From an uncultured Gemmatimonadales bacterium (GTDB lineage: Bacteria; Gemmatimonadota; Gemmatimonadetes; Longimicrobiales; RSA9), in contig CAWCUS010000005.1 in the NCBI GenBank assembly GCA_963798845.1, forward strand, positions 96,001 through 160,000: 64,000 bases of DNA, written 5' to 3'. Below are positions 50,477-60,633 of the stretch, piece by piece. Position 1 is the stretch's first letter. Every line of letters starts with the position of its first letter. A program made the translations under genes and the position numbers. Below the pieces are notes generated by a model that was given only the letters and a program-made list of their open reading frames with translations, did not search any database and was not told where the DNA came from.

Positions 50477-51928
50477 TCAGCCGCCGAGGTAGGTGAGGAT
50501 CTCCGTCGCCTGCTGCGGAGCCTTTTCGAAACAGGCGTTCATGCTGATCCCGTAGAAGGAGCTGCCGGCCACCCAGACGCCGGGGCGCTCGCGGAGGCGG
50601 CCATGGATCCGGTCGAGGCGGCCCTGATGCCCTACGGTGTACTGGCCGATACCGAGCGGCCAGCGGTAGATGCGTGTGAGGGCGGGCTCGATGTCGGGCG
50701 CAATGCCCATCGTCATTTCCAGGTCGTGGCGGACCTGCCGCCTCAGCGACTCGTCGGGTGCGCGGACGGCCTCCGGATCGTGCGCTCCGCCGATCATGCA
50801 GCGCAGGAGGACCTCTCCCTCCGGTGCGCGACCGTGGAAGACGCTCGAGTCCCAGAGGCAGCCGAGGATGCGGGGGCCGGTGCTCCGCGGGACGAGGAAA
50901 CCGAAGCCCTCCAGGTCGATCCCCGGGAGGTCCCGCTCGCGGAACCCCATGGCGACGACGGCCAGACCGGCCGTGCGGATCTCGCCCACGGTGGCCGCGA
51001 GCTCGGCGTCCACATCCTCCAGGAGCGGCGCGGCCACCGGTGCGGGGGTGGTGACGACGACGGCATCGGCTTCCATCGTGTCGCCGGACTCGAGTTCGAC
51101 CGCCCAGCGACTTCCGTCGGCGGCGCGGACGGTGCGCACCGGCGCGCCTGTGCGGAGGCTGTCTCCGACGGCGTCGGTGAGCCCCGACACCAGGGTGTCC
51201 AGCCCGTCCTGGAAGGACGTGAGCGTCCCGCCCGGGCCGGCGGGCCCGCCGGGAGCGGTCAGCTCGGCCACGTCCTCCCCGCGGGCGCGCCGGGCTTCGG
51301 CTTCCTTCTTCGCAGCGCGGCGCTTCCTCATGCCGGCGACCATGGCCTTGACCAGCCCCCCGTGCTCCGCTTCCATCCTGGCCATCTTGGGGAAGCTGCT
51401 CTGCAGGCTGAGCTCTCTGACGTTGCCGGCGAACACGCCGGAAACCATGGCGTCCACCAGCACGCCCGCGGACTCCGGGCCGATGCGGCGGGCTGCGAAA
51501 TCGAACACGCTCTCGTCGGTGTCCGGGCGCGAGCGAGCGAACGGCTCCCCGAAGACGCGCAGCCGGCCGGGGAGGCTGAGCACGCCGCTGCGGAGGAAGT
51601 CGATCGGGCCGGTGGGTACTTCGTGCAGTGTGCCGGCGCGATAGATGAAGCGGCGCGCGGCGTTCCGGTTCGCCCGCTGCAGGCGGCCGGTGAGGCCGAT
51701 CCGCTCCACGAGCGCCAGCGTGGTCGGGGCGTTGTCGAGGAACCCGTTCGGACCCATCTCCACGCGGAATCCGTTCGGCCGGTCTGTGCGGACGTTGCCG
51801 CCCGGCTGGTCCCGGCCCTCGAGGACCACCACTTCGAGGCCGCCCGGAACAGCGCCCGCCCCATCCCGGAGATGGACGGCGGTGGCCAGCCCCGTGATCC
51901 CGCCGCCGATCATGACGACGCGCTTCAT
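50477..51928 (-). CDS. hemY: Protoporphyrinogen oxidase, HemY/PgoX type
   Basis: IGGGITGL FAD fold, EMGPNGF, GFGFLVP, QYTVGH; last gene of the hem operon. Confidence 0.93.
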   Translation of the reverse strand: MKRVVMIGGGITGLATAVHLRDGAGAVPGGLEVVVLEGRDQPGGNVRTDRPNGFRVEMGPNGFLDNAPTTLALVERIGLTGRLQRANRNAARRFIYRAGTLHEVPTGPIDFLRSGVLSLPGRLRVFGEPFARSRPDTDESVFDFAARRIGPESAGVLVDAMVSGVFAGNVRELSLQSSFPKMARMEAEHGGLVKAMVAGMRKRRAAKKEAEARRARGEDVAELTAPGGPAGPGGTLTSFQDGLDTLVSGLTDAVGDSLRTGAPVRTVRAADGSRWAVELESGDTMEADAVVVTTPAPVAAPLLEDVDAELAATVGEIRTAGLAVVAMGFRERDLPGIDLEGFGFLVPRSTGPRILGCLWDSSVFHGRAPEGEVLLRCMIGGAHDPEAVRAPDESLRRQVRHDLEMTMGIAPDIEPALTRIYRWPLGIGQYTVGHQGRLDRIHGRLRERPGVWVAGSSFYGISMNACFEKAPQQATEILTYLGG

Positions 51929-51938
51929 GCCGGGGCCC

Positions 51939-53333
51939 TCAGACGGTACGCGAGAAGACCGGCTTCTCCGCCGCCTTCTCCTTCTCGAGCTGGTAGCGGT
52001 CGAAAGCCATGCAGACGTTCCGGACGAAGAGCCGCCCTTCCGGCGTCACCCGCAGCGCCTCGGGCCCGATCTCGACGAAGCCGGCCTCCCGAACCTCGTC
52101 CAGCCGCGCCAGGGAATCGCCGAGGTAGTCGTCGAAGTCCACCCCGAAGCGCTCCTTCACGTCCGCCTTCCGCACGCGGAAGTTGCACATGATCTGCTGG
52201 ATCACGTGCTGGCGGATGCGGTCGTCCTCGTCGAGGAGGTAGCCGCGGGCCACGGGGAGCCGGCCGGCGTCGAGGGCTTCGTAGTAGGTGCTGAGCTTCT
52301 TCTCGTTCTGGAAGAAGCCGTGTTGCACTTCGCCGATGCCGCTGATTCCCACACCGATCATGTCGGAAGCCGGCATGACGGTGTAGCCCATGAAGTTGCG
52401 GTGCAGCCGCCCCTCGTGCGCTGCCACGCTCAGCTCGTCCTGCGGAAGCGCGAAATGGTCCATGCCGATCGGCTGGTAGCCGGCGGCCAGGAAGCGCTCC
52501 ATGGCCATGATGTACAGCTCCAGCTTCACTTCCGGGCTGGGCAGCTGCTCCTTCTCGAGCTTCTTCTGGTGTCCCCGGATCCAGGGGACGTAGGCGAACG
52601 AGTAGACCGCCACGCGGTCGGGTCGCATGCCGATGACCTGGTCCAGGTTCTTCCCGAAGCTCTCCGGCTCCTGCTTCGGCAGACCGTAGATCAGGTCAAT
52701 GTTGATGCCCTCGTTGAAGCCCAGCTCACGAGCGGTCTCCACCAGTCGGGCGGTCTGCTCGTAGGTCTGGTTCCGATCGATGGCCACCTGAACCTCGGGC
52801 GTGAGGTCCTGCACGCCCAGGCTCAACCGGTTGAATCCGAGCTCCGCCAGCGTCACGAGGTGATCGCGGCTGGTCACGCGCGGGTCCACCTCCAGGGCGC
52901 GCTCGGCGCCGTCCACGAAGCGAAAGTACTTCTGGAAATGCCCGAACAGGTCGGCGAGCTGCGCCGGCGAGTAGTACGTGGGGGTGCCGCCGCCCCAGTG
53001 CATCTGGACGACGCTCCGCCGATCCGGGAGGTGCTCTGCGAGCAGATCGATCTCCCTCTTCAGGTACGCCATGTACTTCTCGGCGACCGGCATGTGCGGC
53101 GTGATGACCACGTGGCAGCCGCAGAAGAGGCAGCGGTGCTCGCAGAACGGCAGGTGCGCATAGAGGCTGAGCGGTGCACCCGCCTTCGCGTTCGCCTCTG
53201 CCAGCTTCGCACGGTACGCGTCCACCCCCACCTCGTCCGTGAACTCCACGGCCGTGGGGTAGGAGGTGTAGCGGGGTCCGGGCCTGTCGAACCGCTTCAC
53301 TGTTTCGAAGTCCACGTGGACCGAGTGCTCCAT
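51939..53333 (-). CDS. hemN: Oxygen-independent coproporphyrinogen III dehydrogenase
   Basis: GPRYTSYP, HLPFCEHRCLFCGC, WGGGTP, IGMDHF, HRNFMGY (true HemN rather than HemW motifs). Confidence 0.94.
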   Translation of the reverse strand: MEHSVHVDFETVKRFDRPGPRYTSYPTAVEFTDEVGVDAYRAKLAEANAKAGAPLSLYAHLPFCEHRCLFCGCHVVITPHMPVAEKYMAYLKREIDLLAEHLPDRRSVVQMHWGGGTPTYYSPAQLADLFGHFQKYFRFVDGAERALEVDPRVTSRDHLVTLAELGFNRLSLGVQDLTPEVQVAIDRNQTYEQTARLVETARELGFNEGINIDLIYGLPKQEPESFGKNLDQVIGMRPDRVAVYSFAYVPWIRGHQKKLEKEQLPSPEVKLELYIMAMERFLAAGYQPIGMDHFALPQDELSVAAHEGRLHRNFMGYTVMPASDMIGVGISGIGEVQHGFFQNEKKLSTYYEALDAGRLPVARGYLLDEDDRIRQHVIQQIMCNFRVRKADVKERFGVDFDDYLGDSLARLDEVREAGFVEIGPEALRVTPEGRLFVRNVCMAFDRYQLEKEKAAEKPVFSRTV

Positions 53334-53341
53334 GACTGCCT

Positions 53342-54424
53342 CTATCGCAACGTCTGCTCGTGGACCCGGTCGACCAGGAACGCCACCGCATCCGGCTCGG
53401 TGGTCCGCTCGATCCCGTGGCCCAGGTTGAAGATGTGTCCCGGCGCCGGCCCCGCGGATTCCAGCACCCGGTCGATCTGCCGCGCCAGCTCCGCTCGCGG
53501 GGCGAACAGCGCCGCCGGGTCCAGATTACCCTGCACCGCCAGCTGCGGTCCGAGGATCGCCCGGGCATCCGCCAGCGGGAGGCGCCAGTCGATCCCGATG
53601 ACGTCGGCGCCCGACTCGGCGGCCGCCGCGAGCAGCGTCGCCCCCTGGTGCGGGAAGTAGAGCAGCGGGACGTCGTGCTCCTTCAGCGCCGCGACCACCC
53701 GCTGCACGGCCGGCAGCGCGAACCTCCGGTACTCGTGCGGGGCCAGGATCCCCGCCCACGAGTCGAAGATCATGAGTGCCTGTGCCCCCGCTTCCGCCTG
53801 CGCGCCGAGGTAGCGCGCCGTGGTGTCCGCCAGCTTGTCCAGCAGCATTCTCGCCGTTTCGGGCTCGCTGAACAGAAAGGCTTTCGCCTCGTGGAACGTC
53901 TTCGAGCCCTTCCCCTGCACCGCATAGCAGAACGTCGTGAACGGCGCGCCCCCGAAGCCGATGAGCGGGGCGCTGGACGGCAGCTCGCGACGCAGGATCC
54001 GGATCGTCTCCAGGACGAACGGCGTCGTCTCCTCGGGATCCGCCACGCGCAGCGCATGCACGTCGGCGGCGGAGCGGATCGGCGCCCGGATCACGGGCCC
54101 CGGATCGAAGTCCAGATCGATGCCCATCCCCTCGATGGGCGTCATGATGTCGCTGAACAGGATGGCCGCGTCCATGTCGTAGCGGCGGATCGGCTGAAGC
54201 GTGACCTCGGCCGCCAGCTCCGGCGTCTTGGTCAGCGTCAGGAAGTCGACCTTGGCCCGCACCGCGCGGTACTCCGGCAGGTATCGTCCCGCCTGGCGCA
54301 TGATCCACACCGGCGTGCGCTCGACCGGCTCGCAGCGACAGGCGCGCAGGAACACCGGCTCCTGAACGGCGTCGGCCCCGGCCCGCCGCGCGTCCGGCGA
54401 CGGCTGCCCCGTTGCGCCGCTCAC
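53342..54424 (-). CDS. hemE: Uroporphyrinogen decarboxylase
   Basis: PVWIMRQAGRYLPEY, AILFSDI, IFDSW, QGNLDP, FNLGHGI. GTG start overlaps the hemL stop. Confidence 0.95.
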   Translation of the reverse strand: MSGATGQPSPDARRAGADAVQEPVFLRACRCEPVERTPVWIMRQAGRYLPEYRAVRAKVDFLTLTKTPELAAEVTLQPIRRYDMDAAILFSDIMTPIEGMGIDLDFDPGPVIRAPIRSAADVHALRVADPEETTPFVLETIRILRRELPSSAPLIGFGGAPFTTFCYAVQGKGSKTFHEAKAFLFSEPETARMLLDKLADTTARYLGAQAEAGAQALMIFDSWAGILAPHEYRRFALPAVQRVVAALKEHDVPLLYFPHQGATLLAAAAESGADVIGIDWRLPLADARAILGPQLAVQGNLDPAALFAPRAELARQIDRVLESAGPAPGHIFNLGHGIERTTEPDAVAFLVDRVHEQTLR

Positions 54425-55758
54425 CCGAGTACCTCTCCGAGGACCTCGGCTGCCGCCGCCACGGTGTCGTCCACGTCCACGTGGGTGTGGGCGGCCGAAA
54501 GGAAAAGCGCCTCGAAGGGGCTGGGCGGCAGGTAGAACCCGCGCTCTAGCATGCCGTGGAAGTACCGCGCGAATGCGCTCCGGTCCTGGACCTTGGCGGT
54601 GTCCCAACCCTGAACGGGGCCGGCCGCGAAGAAGAGCGTGGCCATGGCGCCCACCCGGTTCCACGACAGCCGATCCGCGTGCTCGGCGACGATCTGCCGC
54701 ATCCCCGCCTCCAGCCTCGACCCCAGCGACTCGAGCCGGTCGTACAGCTCCGGGTGCGCACGCAGGTGCCTGAGCGTGGCCAGACCTCCGGCCACGGCCA
54801 GCGGGTTGCCCGACAGCGTGCCGGCCTGGTAGACGGGGCCGTCCGGCGCGATCCTGCGCATCAGGTCCTCGCGACCACCGAACGCGCCTACCGGCAGTCC
54901 TCCGCCGATCACCTTTCCCATCGTGGTGAGGTCGGGACGGACCCCGAAGCGCCCCTGTGCCCCCCCCGCCGCCACCCGGAAGCCGGTCATGACCTCGTCG
55001 AAGATCAGGAGCGCGCCGTGCTCGTCGCATAGCGCGCGCAGCCCTTCCAGGAAGCCCGGCAGCGGCGGCACGCAGCCCATGTTCCCGGCCACCGGCTCCA
55101 CGATCAACGCCGCCACTTCGCCGGGCCGCTCCTCCATGAGCGCCCGGACCGAGTCCAGGTCGTTGTATTCGGCCACCAGCGTGTCCCTCGCCGCGCCCTC
55201 AGTCACGCCGGGGCTCGACGGCACGCCCAGCGTCGCTGCACCGGAGCCCGCCTCCACCAGGAATGCGTCCGCGTGCCCGTGGTAGCCGCCGCGGAACTTG
55301 ATGAGGCCCGCGCGTCGGGTGGCCGCCCGCGCGAGCCGGAGCGCGCTCATGGTCGCCTCGGTCCCGCTGTTCACGAAGCGGACCACGTCCACCGACGGGA
55401 CCATGTCCACCACCAGCTCGGCCAGGTCCACCTCGCCGGGCGACGGGGCCCCGAACGACGTCCCGCGCTCCAGCGCCGCCGCCAGCGCCGCGCGCACTTC
55501 GGGGTGGTCGTGCCCCAGGATCATGGGTCCCCACGATCCCACGTAGTCGACGTACTCGTTGCCGTCGGCATCGGTCATGCGCGCGCCGGACGCGCTGGAG
55601 ATGAACCGGGGCGTGCCGCCCACCGAGCCGAAGGCACGCACGGGGCTGTTCACCCCGCCCGGGATCACCGCCTTCGCCGCCTCGAACAGACGCTCGCTTT
55701 CGGTCGTCCTCATTCCCACCGCGGTACGGGTCCCCGTTTCCGTCCGTCCCTGGGCCAC
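54421..55758 (-). CDS. hemL: Glutamate-1-semialdehyde 2,1-aminomutase (alternative start ATG 55713)
   Basis: PGGVNSPVRAF, NSGTEATM, FDEVMTGFR, GKVIGGGLP, QAGTLSGNP. Confidence 0.95.
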   Translation of the reverse strand: MAQGRTETGTRTAVGMRTTESERLFEAAKAVIPGGVNSPVRAFGSVGGTPRFISSASGARMTDADGNEYVDYVGSWGPMILGHDHPEVRAALAAALERGTSFGAPSPGEVDLAELVVDMVPSVDVVRFVNSGTEATMSALRLARAATRRAGLIKFRGGYHGHADAFLVEAGSGAATLGVPSSPGVTEGAARDTLVAEYNDLDSVRALMEERPGEVAALIVEPVAGNMGCVPPLPGFLEGLRALCDEHGALLIFDEVMTGFRVAAGGAQGRFGVRPDLTTMGKVIGGGLPVGAFGGREDLMRRIAPDGPVYQAGTLSGNPLAVAGGLATLRHLRAHPELYDRLESLGSRLEAGMRQIVAEHADRLSWNRVGAMATLFFAAGPVQGWDTAKVQDRSAFARYFHGMLERGFYLPPSPFEALFLSAAHTHVDVDDTVAAAAEVLGEVLG

Positions 55759-55760
55759 GT

Positions 55761-56753
55761 TCAGGCGTTCTCCCGGCGCAGCGCCCGCGCCACGTCCTTC
55801 GCGAAATACGTCAGGATCAGGTCGGCGCCAGCACGCTTCAGCCCCAGCAGGCTCTCCATCGCGATCCGCGCCTCGTCCACCCACCCCTTCTCCGCGGCGG
55901 CCTTGATGAGCGCGTATTCCCCGGACACCTGGTAGGCGGCGGTGGGCATGCGGAACGTCTCCTTCACGCGGTAGAGGATGTCCATGTACGGGCCCGCGGG
56001 CTTCACCATGACGATGTCCGCGCCCTCCATGATGTCGAGCTCCACCTCCCGCAGCGCTTCCTCCGCGTTGGCCGGGTCCATCTGGTAGCCGCGGCGGTCG
56101 CCGAACGCCGGCGCGGAGTGGGCGGCGTCGCGGAAGGGCCCGTAGTACGCCGAAGCGTACTTCGCCGCGTATGCGACGATCGGGACGTGGCTCAGCCCGG
56201 CCTCGTCCAGCTCGTCCCGGATGGCCGCGACGCGTCCGTCCATCATGTCGCTGGGCGCCACCGCGTCCGCGCCCGCCTCCGCATAGACCCGCGCCGCTCG
56301 CGCCAGCAGCATCAGCGTCGGGTCGTTGTCCACCTCGCCGTCGTCGTTGAGCAGGCCACAGTGGCCGTGAGACGTGTATTCACACATGCACACGTCGGCC
56401 CACACAAGGAGATCCGGCACCTCCTTCTTGAGTGCCCGGAGGGCCCGCGGCACCAGCCCGTCCGGGTCGTACGCCCCCGTGCCCTCGGGGTCCTTCTCCT
56501 CGTCCGGCGGCACGCCGAACAGGATCACGCCCGGGATCCCCAGCGCCGCCACCTCGCGGCACTCCTTCACCAGCTCGTCCACCGAGAGGTTCTCCACCCC
56601 AGGCATGCTCTTCACCGGGATGCGCACGCCCTCACCTTCCACCACGAACATCGGGTAGATCAGGTCGTTCACCGTCAGCGCGGTCTCCCGCACCGCTCGC
56701 CGCCACGTCTCGCCCCGGCGCAGTCGCCGCGGCCTGTTCATCGGATAGCTCAT
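55761..56753 (-). CDS. hemB: Porphobilinogen synthase (Zn-type)
   Basis: [49 protein letters not shown]. Confidence 0.97.
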   Translation of the reverse strand: MSYPMNRPRRLRRGETWRRAVRETALTVNDLIYPMFVVEGEGVRIPVKSMPGVENLSVDELVKECREVAALGIPGVILFGVPPDEEKDPEGTGAYDPDGLVPRALRALKKEVPDLLVWADVCMCEYTSHGHCGLLNDDGEVDNDPTLMLLARAARVYAEAGADAVAPSDMMDGRVAAIRDELDEAGLSHVPIVAYAAKYASAYYGPFRDAAHSAPAFGDRRGYQMDPANAEEALREVELDIMEGADIVMVKPAGPYMDILYRVKETFRMPTAAYQVSGEYALIKAAAEKGWVDEARIAMESLLGLKRAGADLILTYFAKDVARALRRENA

Positions 56754-57547
56754 GTCGCTCCTCTGGCACCTCCACCGGCGAAGCGCCGCTCGACGGCGTC
56801 CGCCAATCCTTCGAACGAATGCTCCTCTGCCTCCACGACTTCCCGGACCCCGAGTCCGCGGAGCGCCGTGGTCGTGGTCGGGCCGATCGCGACGAACGGG
56901 AACGTCGTCGCCAGCTCCCTGAACAGCGCCTCCCCGAGCGCCGCGACCAGGTTCTCCGCCGACGACGGGCTCGTCACGGTGATCGCCGCCACGGCTTCCC
57001 TCTCCACCAGGCGCCGACACGCTTCGACGTCCAGCGAAACGGGGACGATCCGATAAGCGGTCACCCGATCCACAATCGCACCCGCGCGCTCCAGCCCCTC
57101 CGGCACCTGGTCGCGCGCCAGCTCGGAAGCGGGAAACAGGATCCGCGCCCCACGTCCCAGCCCGTCGCACTGGAACGCAGCCACCAGAGCCGCGCCGGTC
57201 TGGTCGCCCGGGATGAGGTCCACCCCCCAGCCCACCGCTTCGGCGGCTCCCGCGGTTCCCTCCCCGACCGCCGCCACGCGCACCCCGGCCGGGATCTCCG
57301 CGACCAGCGCCGCCACGGCATCGACGGCCCGACGGCTGGTGAGGACGATCCAGTCGTAGCGTCCGAGGTCCGCGAGCGCGGCCTGCAGCGGGGCCGGGTC
57401 CTGCGGTGGGGTCGCGGCGAGGACGGGCCAGTGGATCACGGCGGCCCCGCGCTCGCGCAGCGCGGCGCTGAGCGGTCCGTCCCCGTCCTCGTCCCGCGTC
57501 ACGACAACCCCCAGGCCGGACAGCGGCCGTTCAGTGCGTCCCGACAC
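56750..57547 (-). CDS. hemD: Uroporphyrinogen-III synthase
   Basis: VVVTR, WIVLTS-x-AV, AVGEGTA, VTAY, TSPS, AIGPTT; between hemC and hemB. Confidence 0.9.
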   Translation of the reverse strand: MSGRTERPLSGLGVVVTRDEDGDGPLSAALRERGAAVIHWPVLAATPPQDPAPLQAALADLGRYDWIVLTSRRAVDAVAALVAEIPAGVRVAAVGEGTAGAAEAVGWGVDLIPGDQTGAALVAAFQCDGLGRGARILFPASELARDQVPEGLERAGAIVDRVTAYRIVPVSLDVEACRRLVEREAVAAITVTSPSSAENLVAALGEALFRELATTFPFVAIGPTTTTALRGLGVREVVEAEEHSFEGLADAVERRFAGGGARGAT

Positions 57548-58484
57548 CGGACTCCAGGGCAGTACGGATCGCGTCCATTATGGCCCCGCCGCCACGCTTG
57601 AGGAGCGACCGGGCCAGGCGGCGTCCCAGCGCTTCTGCATCGGTCGGATCACCCGTGATCGACCCCTCCACGGTGCGGCTCCCATCCAGGGCGGCCAGGG
57701 CCGCCCGAAGCGTCAGCTCCTTCTCGTGGATGGTGGCATGGGCACCCAGCGGCACCTGGCACCCGCCCTCCACCTCGTGCAGGAGGGCGCGCTCGGCGAG
57801 CGTGCGGCGCCGCGTGTCTTCGTGGTCGAGCGGCATCAGCCACCGCCCCGCCCGCGGGTCGTCCGCCCTCGCCTCGATCCCGATCGCGCCCTGCGAGACG
57901 GCGGGCAGCAGGATGCCGGCGGGAAAATAGTCGGTGATGCGCTCGCTCAGCCCCAGCCGCTTCACGCCCGCCGCCGCCAGGACGATGCCGTCGTAGTCGC
58001 CGTCGTCGAGCCGGCGGATGCGCGTCGGCACGTTGCCGCGCAGATCGCTGAGCCGGAGATCGTCGCGCCAGGTGCGCAGGAAGGCGCGGCGTCGAAGGCT
58101 GCTCGTACCCACGCGAGCGCCCGCGGGCAGGGATTCCAGCCGGAGGCCGGGTCGGGCGATGAGCACGTCGCGCGGGTCTTCCCGCTCCAGGACCGCCACG
58201 AGCGCCAGGCCCTCGGGCATCGTGGTGGCCAGGTCCTTCAGCGAATGGACGGCCAGGTCCACGCGACCATCCAGGATCGCCTGCTCCAGCTCCTTGGTGA
58301 AGAACGCCTTGCCCGGCAACGCCGACAGCGCCACATCCTGGATCCGGTCCCCCTCGGTCTCGACATGGACCAGCTCCACGGCCGGCGCATCGGTCAGCCC
58401 CCGGATCCTCGCCGCGACGTGCTCGGCCTGCCAGAGCGCCAGCGCCGATGCCCGCGTCCCGATCCGCAGAATCCGCTGGCTCAC
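57531..58484 (-). CDS. hemC: Porphobilinogen deaminase
   Basis: IGTR-x-S-x-LALWQ, AVHSLKD, GTSSLRR, RGNV-x-TR, EGGCQVP. Confidence 0.97.
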   Translation of the reverse strand: MSQRILRIGTRASALALWQAEHVAARIRGLTDAPAVELVHVETEGDRIQDVALSALPGKAFFTKELEQAILDGRVDLAVHSLKDLATTMPEGLALVAVLEREDPRDVLIARPGLRLESLPAGARVGTSSLRRRAFLRTWRDDLRLSDLRGNVPTRIRRLDDGDYDGIVLAAAGVKRLGLSERITDYFPAGILLPAVSQGAIGIEARADDPRAGRWLMPLDHEDTRRRTLAERALLHEVEGGCQVPLGAHATIHEKELTLRAALAALDGSRTVEGSITGDPTDAEALGRRLARSLLKRGGGAIMDAIRTALESGVGTH

Positions 58485-59785
58485 TCCTCGCCCCCTTCGT
58501 CGTCGCCCGCGTCCCGATAGCGCTCCGGCTCCAGCTCGAACAGCTCCTGCACGGCAACCAGCTTGGTCAGCCCGTGGTACGTCGCCGAGTCCATGTTCCG
58601 GATCCGCGTCGTGGGCTGGTGAAGCAGCTTGTTGATCAGCGCGCGCGTGTACGCCTGCAGGACTTCCTCGTCCGCACGGCCGAAGCGTCGCCCATGCTTC
58701 GCCGCCTCCTCCCGCCCGATCTCGTGGAACCGGTCCCGGAGCGCCCGCAGCACGGGCACGACCTGGAGCGAGTCGTACCAGGCGAAGAACGCGTCCACTT
58801 CCTCATCCACGATCCTCTCCACCCGCGGGATCTCCTTCGACCGCCGCGAGCGGTTCTGATCGGCGATGCTCTCCAGCGCGTCCAGGTCGTACAGGAAGAT
58901 GCTGTCGATCTTTCCCACCGCCGGATCGATGTTGCGCGGGTTGGAAATGTCGATCAGCACCAGCGGAGAGCGGCCGCGTTTCTTCATCACCGCGTTCAGG
59001 TGGTCGCTCTGGAGCACCGGCTCCGGCGACGACGTGGCGGTCACCACCACACTCGCCTCCCGCAGCGCCTCCTCCAGCTGCTCGAACGGGCGCGCCTCGC
59101 CACCCAGCTCCCGGGCCAGCCGCTCCGCCCGCTCGAACGTCCGGTTCAGGACCACCAGCCGGCCCGGCTTCTGGTCCGCAAGGTGCCTCGCGGCCAGGGT
59201 TCCCGTCTCCCCGGCGCCCACCACCACGACCGTGTGCTTCTCGAGGCCGTCGAACACCTTCAGCGCCATTTCCACGGCGGCGTACGCTACCGAAACGGTT
59301 CCTTTCCCGATGTCCGTCTCCGTGCGGGCCCGTTTTCCGACGTGGACCGCGGAGTTGAACAGCCGCGTCAGGACCGCACCCGCCCCCCGGCTCTGGTCCG
59401 CCATCTTGTGCGCGTCTCGGACCTGACCGAGGATCTGCGGCTCGCCCACCATCAGCGACTCGATCCCCGCGGCCACCCGGAACAGGTGCTGCACCCCCTG
59501 GCGACCCTTCAGCAGGTAGGTGTAGCGACCGTTGCCCAGGTGCGGGACGCCCTTCTGAAGAGCCACGGCCTCGCGGATCAGTCCCTCGCCCACCGGCGGC
59601 TCCCTCACCAGCGAGTAGATCTCCGTCCGGTTGCACGTGGAGAGGACCGACACCTCGAGCACGTCCTCGCGCCGCCCGCGCAGACGGCCGCAGAACTGCT
59701 CCACGTCCATGGGGCTGAACTGGACCTGGTCCCGGATCTCCGCCGGTGCGGTATCGTGGCTCGTGCCGAGGACGATCAGGTCCAT
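58481..59785 (-). CDS. hemA: Glutamyl-tRNA reductase
   Basis: LSTCNRTE, GEPQILGQV, VVGAGE, NRT, DISNPRNID, KLLHQP. Confidence 0.97.
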   Translation of the reverse strand: MDLIVLGTSHDTAPAEIRDQVQFSPMDVEQFCGRLRGRREDVLEVSVLSTCNRTEIYSLVREPPVGEGLIREAVALQKGVPHLGNGRYTYLLKGRQGVQHLFRVAAGIESLMVGEPQILGQVRDAHKMADQSRGAGAVLTRLFNSAVHVGKRARTETDIGKGTVSVAYAAVEMALKVFDGLEKHTVVVVGAGETGTLAARHLADQKPGRLVVLNRTFERAERLARELGGEARPFEQLEEALREASVVVTATSSPEPVLQSDHLNAVMKKRGRSPLVLIDISNPRNIDPAVGKIDSIFLYDLDALESIADQNRSRRSKEIPRVERIVDEEVDAFFAWYDSLQVVPVLRALRDRFHEIGREEAAKHGRRFGRADEEVLQAYTRALINKLLHQPTTRIRNMDSATYHGLTKLVAVQELFELEPERYRDAGDDEGGEE

Positions 59786-59789
59786 GTTC

Positions 59790-60629
59790 TCATGTGAAGT
59801 CGTGGAACGACGGAATCAGCAGCGTCACGGTGAGCGACGACGCGACCATGAAGCCGAACGCGAACACCGTGACCGAGGCCAGGGTGCTCTTCGGCCACCG
59901 GAACAGCCAGAGCCCCAAGAGACAGGCGCCGTACACGAACCAGACGGCCGCGGTCAGAAGGAACTTGGGATCCACCAGCAGGTTCACGTCCAGCTGGCCC
60001 GTGTGTTCCAGCGTGAGCGCCCACACGGTCCCCGCCAGGATCGCCGCGGTGAGCGCCGACCACCCCAGTCCGAGCGCCCACACGTTGAGGCGCGACAGCG
60101 TCTCCAGGTTGGGCAGCCGCTGGAAGAGCAGGCCCACCTGCTTCCGCTTCAGCTGCCGGTACTGCAGCAGGTACATGACGCCGTACAGCGCGGACACCGC
60201 CAGCGAGACGTACCCGATCATAGCCGTGGTCACGTGGATACCGAACATCGGCGAGCGCAGGATCTCCGGCACCTCTCCGCTGTGCGTGATGAACGCCGTC
60301 GAGAGCATCTGGAGAAAGAGCACCCCCGCGAGCAGGAACGCCCCCGTCGCCCGGTCCCGCATCTGCCACTCCAGGACGAGGTACACGAGCGCCACCGCCC
60401 ACGCGATGAACGTCAGGCTCTCCCATGTATTCGCCAGGGGGATGTGCCGGTACGCGAGCCCGCTCAGCACCAGGTAGACCACGTGCACGGTCACCACCAC
60501 CCACGTGATCGCCGGCGCCGCCCACGCCACGCGCGCTTCCGGCTGCGCAAACACGAAAACGTACGCCAGCAGCGCCAGCAGGTACCCCACCGGGAGAAGC
60601 CCGTTCAGGACCGCGAGCGTGGTCAGCAT
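59790..60629 (-). CDS. CcsA-family / HemX-like membrane protein
   Basis: About 8 TM segments, conserved His (GIHV), RLPNLETL, DPK and terminal SFH; directly upstream of hemA. Confidence 0.8.
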   Translation of the reverse strand: MLTTLAVLNGLLPVGYLLALLAYVFVFAQPEARVAWAAPAITWVVVTVHVVYLVLSGLAYRHIPLANTWESLTFIAWAVALVYLVLEWQMRDRATGAFLLAGVLFLQMLSTAFITHSGEVPEILRSPMFGIHVTTAMIGYVSLAVSALYGVMYLLQYRQLKRKQVGLLFQRLPNLETLSRLNVWALGLGWSALTAAILAGTVWALTLEHTGQLDVNLLVDPKFLLTAAVWFVYGACLLGLWLFRWPKSTLASVTVFAFGFMVASSLTVTLLIPSFHDFT

Positions 60630-60633
60630 GGGC

